The notes under the pieces are model-generated. The model was not told the DNA's origin, searched no databases, and saw only the letters and a program-made list of their open reading frames with translations. A stretch of DNA of 64,000 nt from Paramoeba atlantica (lineage: Eukaryota; Protista; Discosea), in contig CDRNVI010000018.1 of NCBI GenBank assembly GCA_977017575.1, forward strand, positions 124,001-188,000. Reading direction: 5' to 3'. This document shows, in pieces, positions 1 to 9,969 of the stretch; within the stretch, counting starts at the first letter, position 1, and the number at the start of each line of letters is the position of its first letter. Position numbers and translations under genes: made by a program.

Positions 1-1
1 C

Positions 2-349
2 CTCAGTATGTTGTCGGCGCGCGTACGTTTTACTCGGTTCGCTATTCTGTTGTACGCGCGGTTCCCACAACAGTCGAAAGATGCGAACGTTGGAATGAGG
101 GGGAATATGCCCATCAAACACCTCACCAATATTGTGTCCAATGATGCCTTCGTAACTTAACGCTAGTTTTCGAACGTTTCGCACTTTCCGAGATGTTTTA
201 ACAGTGCCACTCGATACGTTTAGGATGGGCGTGCAGTCAAAGCTCCATGCTACCAGGCACCGATCCCCTGGCTTCGCGTTGTCAGACAATCTGGATACTT
301 CGTCCGGGGGAATGGGAAAGTGAACAGCAGGATCAATTTCTTGACACAT
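2..349 (-). pseudogene. N-terminal region of a CRE-like non-LTR ORF, running off the window edge (not in the ORF track)
   Basis: Manual translation from the ATG at 349 (MCQEIDPAV...PGDRCLVAWSF...SSGTVKT...LALSYEGIIGH...HIPPHSNVRIFRL) resembles the N-terminal domain of the CRE ORFs at about 23100-23300 and 43480-43680. Confidence 0.65.
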
Positions 350-493
350 GGAGTTGGCAAGAATTGTCAACTAGGATTGACGTCTTGTTCAAAGGTTCGT
401 GAAGCGGCATATTTGGCATCACGCTACCAAGCTCTTGAGCGAATAAAATCTTTTACTGCTCGGGCTTGGTTGCCAAACCAAAACGTCCCTTAC

Positions 494-1202
494 ATTTTTT
501 TTTTTTTTACATCTATTTTTATTATGTTCTCAATGATCACATAACCGTATATATGCATTTGGGGATTTAATCCTTTTGTTTATGTTTTTATTATGTTCTC
601 AATGATCACATAACCGTATATATGCATTTGGGGATTTAATCCTTTTGTTTATGTGTTGGACTAATGCAAGCAACATTCGACGTTTACATTTCTTCAATTC
701 TGCTCCTCTCCATGATGACTTAAGTATTTTTTCAGCTGCGAGAGAGCGACTGCTCCGTTTAACTCTTGGAGCTGTAAAGAGAAGTCTTGTACTGTCTGCT
801 CACGACTGACGCCGCAGAGATCGGCCAATGAATGAAGGAGTGCCTTGGTGTTGGCATGCGCAGCACCTCCGGACAACACCCTTACACTGGAGAAGAAGAG
901 AATTCAGCTTTGCCACCTATGGATGAAGTTACGACGGCAGCGGTACTTCACGAAAAAGTGGTTGCGAGGTTAAAACAAGATCCGGAGTATTCTAATATTT
1001 TAAGGGTAACAACCCGAAAGGGAAATTATGATTGGCTTAAATCGGAGGTCCGCTTCGTTCCCTCACATGCCTTTGAAATACCAGTTATGGCACGACTTGG
1101 AATTCCTCACCCAAGAATCCCAGCAACGATCCTATGTCCAGGTTGTAAGACTTTGCTGAACAATAAGACTGCTTTGGTACATATCCCAGGGTGCGCTCAG
1201 TG
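494..1202. mobile_element. 5'-truncated CRE-like copy with an inverted 5' piece
   Basis: Minus-strand C-terminus (694-880, ...QELNGAVALSQLKKYLSH) is joined head to head with a plus-strand upstream segment (880-1202, TTRKGNYDW...MARLG...CPGC...HIPGCAQC). Confidence 0.7.
517..654. repeat. 69-bp tandem duplication in a CRE 3' UTR next to its poly(A)
   Basis: attatgttctcaatg...ttttgtttatgt starts at 521 and again at 590; T-tract at about 495-508. Confidence 0.9.
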
Positions 1203-1669
1203 TTTTTTTTTTTTTTTTTTTTTTATCCTGTCAAAATTTTTTTTTTTACAGAAGAAATCCGCAGCGAGGCGTCCGAACATTCAATAAAGCAGAAACAATA
1301 TAAAGTATCTAATTCCAGAAATACACACTTCTGTCTCTTTTCACTGAACATACAATATTTTTATAGAACAGGAATACATGTATACTACGATCTATAATGC
1401 GCACGCTAATAAGATAATAACTTGGTACCGAATCTAAAATCAATAATAAAACAAGTAAATACTATGTGAAGGGGCTAAGCCCCCCAACACTCGCAGCCTC
1501 CAACCCGCTCACGCGTAGCTATTGAGCTCCTTTCTCGCGTTTATCCAATGTCGCTTGTCATGATAGAATGCCAAAAAGGGTGACCAAACCTTCGTGACAC
1601 GCTTTTCCGAGGAACTAGCCCTGCCTAGATTCTGAACTAAAGAAAACAATTTTTTTTTTTTTTTAAAAA

Positions 1670-4579
1670 CTACATGTATATGAACGTCACTCGAAATTCC
1701 GACAAATGATCTGCAGGATTGAGCTTTGTCGAAACGTAATTCGCTTTGATGCAAAGGTGTCGTTCTTTCGCCCACTCCAAAACACTGCACAACTCTGGTG
1801 CAATCCCGTCTGATTTACAAATTTTTCTGTTGAATGCGGCCTTGCAGGAAGTGTTATCGATCCACAACTGAAGACACGTTTGTGGCTCAAATTTGTCCGC
1901 AAATTTTTCAAGTGCGAGTCGTACCGCTTGAGCTTCGGCCTTGTTGACTTCATATTCTGTCCCCGGCTCCCACGGACTTCCGACAATACATACCTCCCCA
2001 TTGTCGAGATATAAGATCGCCCCCCATCCCTTGGCTGACGCATCGGTATAAAGGTTATGACGCGGCGGTGATAACTCCGGATGCGGAGAGGGCTCAACGG
2101 GTACGTTTTCAAGCAGTTTGTTGCGCCATTCTCCCAGCTTAGAACGAATCTTATACGGAAGGTCCACGACTTGATTAGCCATATGCGGCACTCGGTTGAG
2201 CAAATTTATTCTGCGCTGACAGATTTTTAATACGAAATGATATTTGGGGATTATGAGTCCTAAGATTGCGGAGCAATACAAAAGGCGCCCCACCGCCGCC
2301 TCTAGCTCCACAAATGTCGGCTTCATAAATGAATCTTCGCGTAGTTTGAGCAACACTTTGGGCCCCAGGCTGACCCTATGCGTGCTGTGGTTGTACTGTG
2401 CCCCATTAAAAACATACTTTTTCATAGGCAACATACCGGAATCCTTGAATCCTGCGTTCACACCTTCCGCCCGGCGATCAACCCACGTCGTATAACGCAA
2501 CGCTTCGTGCGTCGCACCAGCAAAACGAACTCCATCGACATATACATCGATGTGGCCCTTATCAAAAGTGGCCGGCTTAGAACAATAATCACTTGATCCA
2601 GCGATAGTCCCCATAATGGAATGCATGATTTCAGGGGCACATCTGTGCCCCATTGGGAGAACGCACATCTCGTACACTTCTCCTGCTTCGTCCAAAAAAC
2701 GAAATTTCCGGCGAGATTTTTCTGGTATCGATATTTGGTAAAAGCCGCACACCAAATCTCTCTTCACTCCCGAACTTTCTTTTACGCGGTGCAAATATTT
2801 CGCGGGATGCATTAACGGAACGAAAGGTTCATAACTAGAAAGACGTGTGTTATCAGATTTGGTCCAGGAAATGAATCGCCTGCGTTGTCGCCCTTCATCA
2901 TCCGATTCTACCACCGTAAATGGAATAAGGTACTGCATTGAAGGTCTCTTAGCAACGTCCTCCGCCGTTAGTTTCTTAATGATATTATGCTTTTCAAGTA
3001 GTTGAAAGTCTGAGGAAGACAGTCCGCTTTTAACCGCAGGAGGTTCTTCTGGATGTACGGGCATCTTAAGCGCTTCTTGCCATACTTCTTGAAATCTCGT
3101 GTCAACAGCTGGGGACATCCATTTCCGGACCTTATTAACATCAAGTTTCGGAATATTCGGTTTGACATGCAACGGAATCGCGAAATCCTTTTCCTTAGCT
3201 AGCTTAGAGCTACGTCGTGTGCAAATTAACGAATGTCGCTTTAAATATGGAACTTGTTTATAACACTCCTGGATCATCTCTGGGGTCACAGCCCCGGAAG
3301 CAGTGCTGAAACTCTTTGGGTCCCCAAGGCTCGCGCGGTCGTCAATTGGTTTGCATTGTAGCGAAGAAGACTTTCCAGGTTCAAATGCTTTGTGAGGTAC
3401 TGAATCTCCGACAAGGTGAGGCGGCCCTCGACCACGTGTTGGAATAGATGTGTTATTGCCCCGCGTTTGATTGAGTGGGTACCAAACCCTCTTCCTAGAA
3501 TTTTTCTTATTTCCGCATCCATTTCCCGCACGGGAGTATGGCATATCTTCTGTTTTGGCGGAAGCCCCTCTATGTAGCGTGCTAGCTCTGGCGTCCCCGG
3601 ACCCGTTATGACGGCATGCATATACGGCCGGAAGGGGTTTAGGCGTGTTGATTTCGTCGCCCGACCCCAATAAATCACTATCTCGGTTGAGGATACCTTG
3701 AGAAACTTCTCCCTGCAGAGTTCGGCGACCTCTGTCCACCGCGCCGCCGCTTTCCAGCACAGCAGCACGGCCATGGTCTGTGAGACTGTTATCCTGCTGC
3801 ACAATTTCCGTAGCAGATACGGGGTCAGTGGCTCCATCTGACGTTGTGGCTCCAGCCCCCCCTGCGCTTGTAGTGCCTTCGAGTATAGCTTGAGAGGGGT
3901 GTTGTCCTCGTTTATGCATGTGTAAATGGTGTGTAGACTTCTTGTGTAGGCTAGCCGCGTCGTTACCGCAACGCTTAGGGAATCCAGAAACAATATTGCG
4001 TGCAGCGCAGTTGGACGTATGCTTCTTTTCTCGCAGAACTCGTTTAGTCGCATCCAAATACGTTCCCTTGTGGCCCACGTCGTTTCCGTCCACATCGGAT
4101 ATACTGCCCTCTGAAGAGCCGGCGCCAGCGCGTCGTTTGGATCCATACGGAGGAGTTGGCACGTCAAGTTCAACCTTCTTGTTTTCGCTAAGGGGCCTGA
4201 TAGGTCCGTTTGGTGTCCTGCGGGACGATTTATCCTCTTTTGAGTTCGACCCGTACCTGTAGTGTTTGTTTGACTCATTGTTTGAGTCACGAGTATTTGC
4301 TGCGCATTCCGCAGTGTGCTGACATATCGCACACCGTTCCATACATAACTTGGAGATGAACGTGTAAAATAGCCTGGTAAGTTCTCCCGCCTTTTGTATA
4401 AGGCAGGAGCACGAGTAGTTGTTTTCGGGGTGGGGAACGTTTCCTAGTGGATCGTTCGTCTTTCGGCACGAGTGTAGCTCACAGGTGTCTTCGTACCGCC
4501 ACTCGCCACCCCCCGGTGAAAATCCTTTAACCGTGGACAATTGGCCCGCAAGTGCCCAGGCATGCGACAGTTGAAGCAC
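1670..4579 (-). CDS. Pol (RT + RNase H) of B1, frame open across the YR gene
   Basis: RDLVCGFYQI, LPMGHRCAPE, YVDGV; RNase H LYTDAS..GWG, NKAEAQA, WIDNTS, NPADHL. Confidence 0.92.
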   Translation of the reverse strand: MLQLSHAWALAGQLSTVKGFSPGGGEWRYEDTCELHSCRKTNDPLGNVPHPENNYSCSCLIQKAGELTRLFYTFISKLCMERCAICQHTAECAANTRDSNNESNKHYRYGSNSKEDKSSRRTPNGPIRPLSENKKVELDVPTPPYGSKRRAGAGSSEGSISDVDGNDVGHKGTYLDATKRVLREKKHTSNCAARNIVSGFPKRCGNDAASLHKKSTHHLHMHKRGQHPSQAILEGTTSAGGAGATTSDGATDPVSATEIVQQDNSLTDHGRAAVLESGGAVDRGRRTLQGEVSQGILNRDSDLLGSGDEINTPKPLPAVYACRHNGSGDARASTLHRGASAKTEDMPYSRAGNGCGNKKNSRKRVWYPLNQTRGNNTSIPTRGRGPPHLVGDSVPHKAFEPGKSSSLQCKPIDDRASLGDPKSFSTASGAVTPEMIQECYKQVPYLKRHSLICTRRSSKLAKEKDFAIPLHVKPNIPKLDVNKVRKWMSPAVDTRFQEVWQEALKMPVHPEEPPAVKSGLSSSDFQLLEKHNIIKKLTAEDVAKRPSMQYLIPFTVVESDDEGRQRRRFISWTKSDNTRLSSYEPFVPLMHPAKYLHRVKESSGVKRDLVCGFYQISIPEKSRRKFRFLDEAGEVYEMCVLPMGHRCAPEIMHSIMGTIAGSSDYCSKPATFDKGHIDVYVDGVRFAGATHEALRYTTWVDRRAEGVNAGFKDSGMLPMKKYVFNGAQYNHSTHRVSLGPKVLLKLREDSFMKPTFVELEAAVGRLLYCSAILGLIIPKYHFVLKICQRRINLLNRVPHMANQVVDLPYKIRSKLGEWRNKLLENVPVEPSPHPELSPPRHNLYTDASAKGWGAILYLDNGEVCIVGSPWEPGTEYEVNKAEAQAVRLALEKFADKFEPQTCLQLWIDNTSCKAAFNRKICKSDGIAPELCSVLEWAKERHLCIKANYVSTKLNPADHLSEFRVTFIYM
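3286..4443 (-). CDS. Tyrosine recombinase of B1 (track ORF 3286-4332; frame open up to the gag stop)
   Basis: AARWTE (R), HSIKRGA (HxxR), KHLNLESLLRY (H...Y). Confidence 0.92.
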   Translation of the reverse strand, partial: ETFPTPKTTTRAPALYKRRENLPGYFTRSSPSYVWNGVRYVSTLRNAQQILVTQTMSQTNTTGTGRTQKRINRPAGHQTDLSGPLAKTRRLNLTCQLLRMDPNDALAPALQRAVYPMWTETTWATRERIWMRLNEFCEKRSIRPTALHAILFLDSLSVAVTTRLAYTRSLHTIYTCINEDNTPLKLYSKALQAQGGLEPQRQMEPLTPYLLRKLCSRITVSQTMAVLLCWKAAARWTEVAELCREKFLKVSSTEIVIYWGRATKSTRLNPFRPYMHAVITGPGTPELARYIEGLPPKQKICHTPVREMDAEIRKILGRGFGTHSIKRGAITHLFQHVVEGRLTLSEIQYLTKHLNLESLLRYNANQLTTARALGTQRVSALLPGL

Positions 4580-5068
4580 AGCGGAGGCTGGGTCGCACGT
4601 ACCCGACGAGACTGCTTTGAAGTTTCCTCTAGCATAATACGTCCATAGGTGTCGTCAGGGTTCTTCACCTGGTGAAGTCGCTGCTGTACTTTCTCAACTG
4701 GAGCGCCGGCCGCGGCCCAATAATGGTTTCTTAGCTCCTCTATAATGATCTTAGCTATGTTGTAGAAGTTTTCGTCTGTCCATTCTGCCAACTTGCGCGC
4801 CGCATAAATCCACTGAACGAGCATTTCGAATAAGCGTTCCCGAACAAGCGGAGGATTGAACCGTACGCCGAATTCTTTCGTATCGCGGAGCTCTCGCACC
4901 AGTTCCCGTGGCTTAAACTCATCTGGGGATTCTATCCATGGACCCCATGTTTTTGGTTCAATGGGAGAGAAGTTCTTGGGATCAGAGATGGTCAAACGGT
5001 CTACAGAAGGAAGATGCTCAACTCGCTCACCGCCTGGCATCCGAGCTTGTACTTTAGCAATCGCCAAT
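4444..5068 (-). CDS. Gag C-terminal half of B1 with CCHC knuckle
   Basis: CFNCRMPGHLRANC; FKPRELVRELR and IIEELRNHYWAAAG shared with the other gags. Confidence 0.9.
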
Positions 5069-6768
5069 GAAATCCACGCCGAGGGGCTCCCTGGAAACAT
5101 ATACACTGATAACATATATGAATAAATGAACAACTATGAATAGCTCAATCGTAATTCAAAATGACACAACATATCATTCATTCATTTCACACGCACAAAG
5201 ATGGAAAAGAAACAAGCCTGCATAAAACAACACAATCAATGTCACTCTGTTAACGGGGTTCCCCCCCCCCACCGGAACCCTCGGCCAACCTGCCCATCGG
5301 AGGTGACCTGGCCATCGGAGGTGGCCTGGCTGATGACAGCCAAAACAGAAAGGTCCTTGGCTGCGTCGACGAGGAGCACGCTGCGCAGTCCGGCCCCTCA
5401 GTTGCTCGTCAACCACAAGCTGACCGTAGCGGTCCTGAGGGTCGTCGTCACGGTGCAACCGCTGTTGCACACGCTCGACAGCAACGCCCGCCGCAGCCCA
5501 ATAATGGTTGCGAAGCTCTTCGATGATGAGAAGGGCTACGGCGAGGTTGTGCTTCTCTAGCCATCCCTCCGTATTGCACGCAGCGTACACCCATTCAGTT
5601 AACATCTTGAACAGGCGCTCACGCTGCGGCGGAGGGTTGAAGCGTACCCCAAGCTGCGGAGCTTCGCGCAGCTCACGGATGAGTTCACGTGGCTTGAACA
5701 AATCATCCGTGTCGATCCACGGTTGCCAAGTAACCGGATCGTAGGGGGAGAAGCCTTTCGGGTCCGTAATACGGACGCGTTCAAACGTGGGGATCAGATC
5801 TTCAACTGGTTTCCCACCCGGCATCTGCGCCCGAACATGGGCCAGTTCCAAAGAGTGGTAGTTGATCTCGGGATGGGGAAAACGATAGGCAGTGTTCTTG
5901 TCCCCATCCCACTCGGCGAACAACTCAGTTGAGTTAGGGTCCTTAGGATGCGTCATATGCACCAACCCTATAACCGTCTGCCGTAGGCCGTCACGGGGAA
6001 GGGACCATACAGCCTCGACGGTGACCTCGTAGTCCTTGCGCAGAAGCTCAATCACTTTCGTGATGAACTCTTCTTTGCTGGATTGTGTCATGATCCCACG
6101 CGCATCACAGCGTGAACGCTGAGGCAACTCGACGTGGTCAATGTCAAGGGCCTCGTAACGGCGCGGCGAGCGAGAAGCCTCAACCTGGTCGGGGTTAAGG
6201 GTTCCTCTTCGTCGCATATGGGGCTCGGGAGCCTCCAGCGGAAAAGGGTACGGGCTAGGGAGGGAGCTCGCAGGCAAACTGGGAAGGTTGGAAGGGAGAG
6301 GGCTAGGCGGTTCGCGGGCGGGGCTGAGTGCTCTTCCTGAAGGGCGTACCTTTCGGCGCGCTGGGACAGGAGTAGGGGGAATCGGAGGAGGTCGCGCGGA
6401 TACCTGCGGAGCCGGCTGCGTGGGGAGAGGGGGGAGAGGGGGGCGCACGGGAGGGCACGAAAGGGACTGACGCTTAGAATGGTCTTGGACGGAGGAGGTC
6501 TGAATGGGTGTCGGCGCCCTATTCCGCTTCGGTGATCTATCGCGCTCCTGGCGTGGCTCCGACGGAGCCCGTAAACGTTGGGATCTCATACACAAAACTT
6601 TAAACGTAACAAAATAACAACCTAACAAGAATATAACAAACGAGTAAACACCCCCCTCCATGCAATTAGAGAATACTACATCATAATTTGAGAAAATTAT
6701 GTGCCCCGAAGGGCCAGCAGGCAAATATATAGCCGCCCCTCGGCTAAATTTCAAAACGTGAACTATTA
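5069..6768 (-). mobile_element. Internally deleted family-A element (A end, gag, B end; no YR or pol)
   Basis: Ends TAATAGTTCACG...CGTGGATTTC. Gag (ATG at 6589) is cut in the knuckle and fused through an 18-bp duplication to the 3' region. Inserted at tattactc^attggc with no TSD. Confidence 0.9.
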
Positions 6769-7172
6769 GAGTAATAGTCAATATCTGGGAACGGGAAGCT
6801 GTACTCCATATCTTGTTCATCATCCCAACGCGCCTTTAATTCTGAGTGGTCAGGGTCATTGCGATTTTTCAAGTACACTTGGCCGATTACTGTATATTGC
6901 TCGGTCTCTTCCTTGTGGCCCCATACTGCCTGAATCCAAACCTTATGACCTCGAGAGAGAAGCAATCGCATCTTATGAGCAAATTCATATTTCGCATCAT
7001 CCGTCATCGGCAAACGTACATCGTTTCCAAGGAGGGCTTCAACCTGGTCAGGGTTGAGGGTACCGCCTCGTCGGCTATGTCGGGAAACCTGGGGCTCCGG
7101 AGCTTGAGGCTCAGGGCTGTTTGCTCTAGATCGTGAAATTGCCCTAGTAACAGCTTGGACGATTCCAGACAT
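6769..7172 (-). CDS. Gag N-terminal half of B1
   Basis: MSGIVQAVTRAIS...TLNPDQVEA...FPFPDIDYYS, homologous to the B2 gag N-terminus. Confidence 0.88.
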
Positions 7173-7212
7173 AAAAATTCGAAAACGTGTAGATTTTGTA
7201 TTTGAATAGTCC

Positions 7213-7251
7213 CAACAAGGTACAGAAACTGTATCTTTATCGTTAAAGAAG
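7213..7251 (-). other. Full 39-nt SL relic between 29-bp direct repeats
   Basis: CTTCTTTAACGATAAAGATACAGTTTCTGTACCTTGTTG; repeats at 7184-7212 and 7252-7280; an AG (plus-strand 7281-7282) precedes the upstream repeat. Confidence 0.9.
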
Positions 7252-7318
7252 AACGTGTAGATTTTGTATTTGAATAGTCCCTAAGCACATACACATCCGT
7301 TAATAACTTTTCTAATGA

Positions 7319-7956
7319 GAAATCCACGCCGAGGGGCTCCCTGGAAACATATACACTGATAACATATATGAATAAATGAACAACTATGAATAGCTCAATC
7401 GTAATTCAAAATGACACAACATATCATTCATTCATTTCACACGCACAAAGATGGAAAAGAAACAAGCCTGCATAAAACAACACAATCAATGTCACTCTGT
7501 TAACGGGGTTCCCCCCCCACCGGAACCCTCGGCCAAATGGCTGGGGGCTCGGTGGGTGGGCACAAAACTTTAAACGTAACAAAATAACAACCTAACAAGA
7601 ATATAACAAACGAGTAAACACCCCCCTCCATGCAATTAGAGAATACTACATCATAATTTGAGAAAATTATGTGCCCCGAAGGGCCAGCAGGCAAATATAT
7701 AGCCGCCCCTCGGCTAAATTTCAAAACGTGAACTATTAGAAATCCACGCCGAGGGGCTCCCTGGAAACATATACACTGATAACATATATGAATAAATGAA
7801 CAACTATGAATAGCTCAATCGTAATTCAAAATGACACAACATATCATTCATTCATTTCACACGCACAAAGATGGAAAAGAAACAAGCCTGCATAAAACAA
7901 CACAATCAATGTCACTCTGTTAACGGGGTTCCCCCCCCACCGGAACCCTCGGCCAA
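7319..7956 (-). repeat. B1-A2-B2 terminal repeat block, 420-bp period
   Basis: The B repeat occurs twice around an A copy; the internal junction GGATTTC|TAATAG joins the two element termini. Confidence 0.92.
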
Positions 7957-8383
7957 CCTGCCCACACACACGTCACAATAAACGCAAAATGCCCAATCAC
8001 GTAGTCAAATATTAATAGATAGAAAATATCAAAATATGCAGAGCTCACAAAAGGATAACGATAGCAATAGATGACCAGTCCATTACCACGCCCTTTACAA
8101 GCTCACACGAGCTACACAGGTTACGCTTTCAACCTCTGCCCATATACCAACTTGGGACCTAGAAGTGTGGAGCAACTAGGCGTGGTGTACGGCCGTGTCA
8201 ACAATGACGCGGTTAAAAACATTAAGGCGCTAACTAGAAAACTTTACTCACCTTTATCTCACATTGGGGAACCTTGTTTTCGAAAACCAAGGCGTGAGGA
8301 TAAAGTTTGTCAACCGATTAACATCCATAACCTTCCAAAATTATAGGGACAACCTCCAAACCCCAGGACCCCATCCGCTCTCT

Positions 8384-9540
8384 TTTTTTTTTTTTTTTTT
8401 ACTCAGTAGACGAACCAAGTAGGTCCATTGGGGGGGTATATGATTTGTAAACAAGCAATCAAATTAGCAATTTCACATGTTGTAGCCCAAAACTAATAAT
8501 TCAACCTGCCTTAAGTTACAGTATTTATGATTTTGATAACAATAATAATAAAAAGAAGCAATTTATGCCCAATTCATTCGCGCGTTCCGGACCGGGTCTT
8601 TCGACCACTCCTCGGCCTGACTTGTGAACTCTTCCCTTGTTATATGGGAGGGCGCAGGCGCGGGCTTGTGCCGACAGCGGCACGGTCGCGAAACAGGGTA
8701 CTGGCCGACGGGGAGGAAGTTTTAGTTCCCGACCCATGTCCTACCTCACTTGGGGTACCTAGCCCTGACGGACTAGGCGTGAGCATAGACCCTGTCGGCA
8801 CCGACCAGCATCCGGACCAGCGGTTTATGTCCCAGTGGGTATTCCCGAGATCCCTTAGGCCCCTTCCAGGGGAGCGTCAGGGTCACTGACGACTATCCTA
8901 GAGACCATCATCCGGGCCTGGGAGCGCATGAGAGCCACGTTCAGCTCTTTGAGGTCATTTCGGGCTTGAGTGTCTGTGAGTAGACCGTTTGACGCGTTTG
9001 CGCGTAACGCCCCCACCTTCCACAAAACAGCCATCGCGCTTTTACTCCAAGAGCCAAAGGATTCAACTACCATGGCCGTAAAAAGTAATTTCGCTTCCTC
9101 CGCTTCCTGGCGTTGTTTATCCTTCGTTGCTGAGTAGTGTTCAGCGAAAGATCCCGCAGCCACCCAGCTAGCATTCCGGACAGAGTCCAAATACTTTACT
9201 TGCTGTGCGTGGGTGACTGCGAAGTCTAACACCATACCACTTCCCAGGGTGTAATTCGGGAGAAACACGTCAGCAGGTCTGGTGAGACCCCCTCTTGGAC
9301 CACGATTTCCCAGGCTTTTCTCCCTTTGCGGAGCTATGTCGGCTTTTCTGCAGAATGCTGTGAATTGCTCACAGACCGCGTTGTGACGGGTGATGAGGCC
9401 ATGTCCGTTCTTACATAACAATGCATGTTCCCCATTTTTCTGCAGAGGTAATGTGCATCCCTTCGCTGGGCAAGGGCGATCTTCTTGATAGATGTCGGAT
9501 CCCAGCCACCAGCGGGACAGCGTGCGGAACTCTGTTGGTG
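8384..9540 (-). mobile_element. 5'-truncated CRE-E family element in the internal A-tract of copy A1
   Basis: WWLG...CPAKGC...HALLC, RHN, RPADV, LDFAVT, ESFGSW match the 52734 ORF; conserved 3' UTR; poly(A) at 8385-8400. Confidence 0.9.
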
Positions 9541-9862
9541 TTTTTTTTTTTTTTTTTTTTTTTTGATTCTAATGTTTATATCTACGTTTCGAACTTTCCA
9601 CCACTTAAAACCTTTCACCCTACTTCCTTCCTTCCCCTACTTCCTTCCCCTCACCACACTCACTTCCCTTCCCCCACTTACGCCCTACCGACTGACGCAT
9701 CCCTACTGACCGGCTCGTCCGCACATGTGGCCCATGTGGTCCAGGACCTCCGCTCCCACCCCGTTAGCAGTATAAGATACTTTGAGTTGCTGTACGAGGG
9801 TGGGAGACTTGGAGGAGACGAAACGCATAGCCGCCGTCACGCCGAGGGCAAAAAGCGGGACT
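9541..9862 (-). mobile_element. 3' fragment of the SL-capped short retroposon
   Basis: Near-identical to 32480-32780, with its own poly(A). Confidence 0.85.
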
Positions 9863-9969
9863 TTTTTAAAAAGCGGGGTTTTTTTTTGTTTTTTTTTTTT
9901 TTTTGTCTTTGTTTTTTTTCCTTTTTTTCTTGTCTTTTTTTTTTTTTTTGTATTTGGTGATCCTGTCCC

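Noticed and set aside
6170-6200. Gag TLNPDQVEA as a PAM2 motif
   Set aside because: It lacks the Ala and Phe of LNxxAxEFxP, although it is conserved in the A and B gags.
5174-6823. 549-aa ORF as a real protein (also chimeric track ORFs 21176-22198, 22891-24258, 50670-51587)
   Set aside because: These read through insertion junctions and terminal repeats; only the internal segments are homologous to real ORFs.
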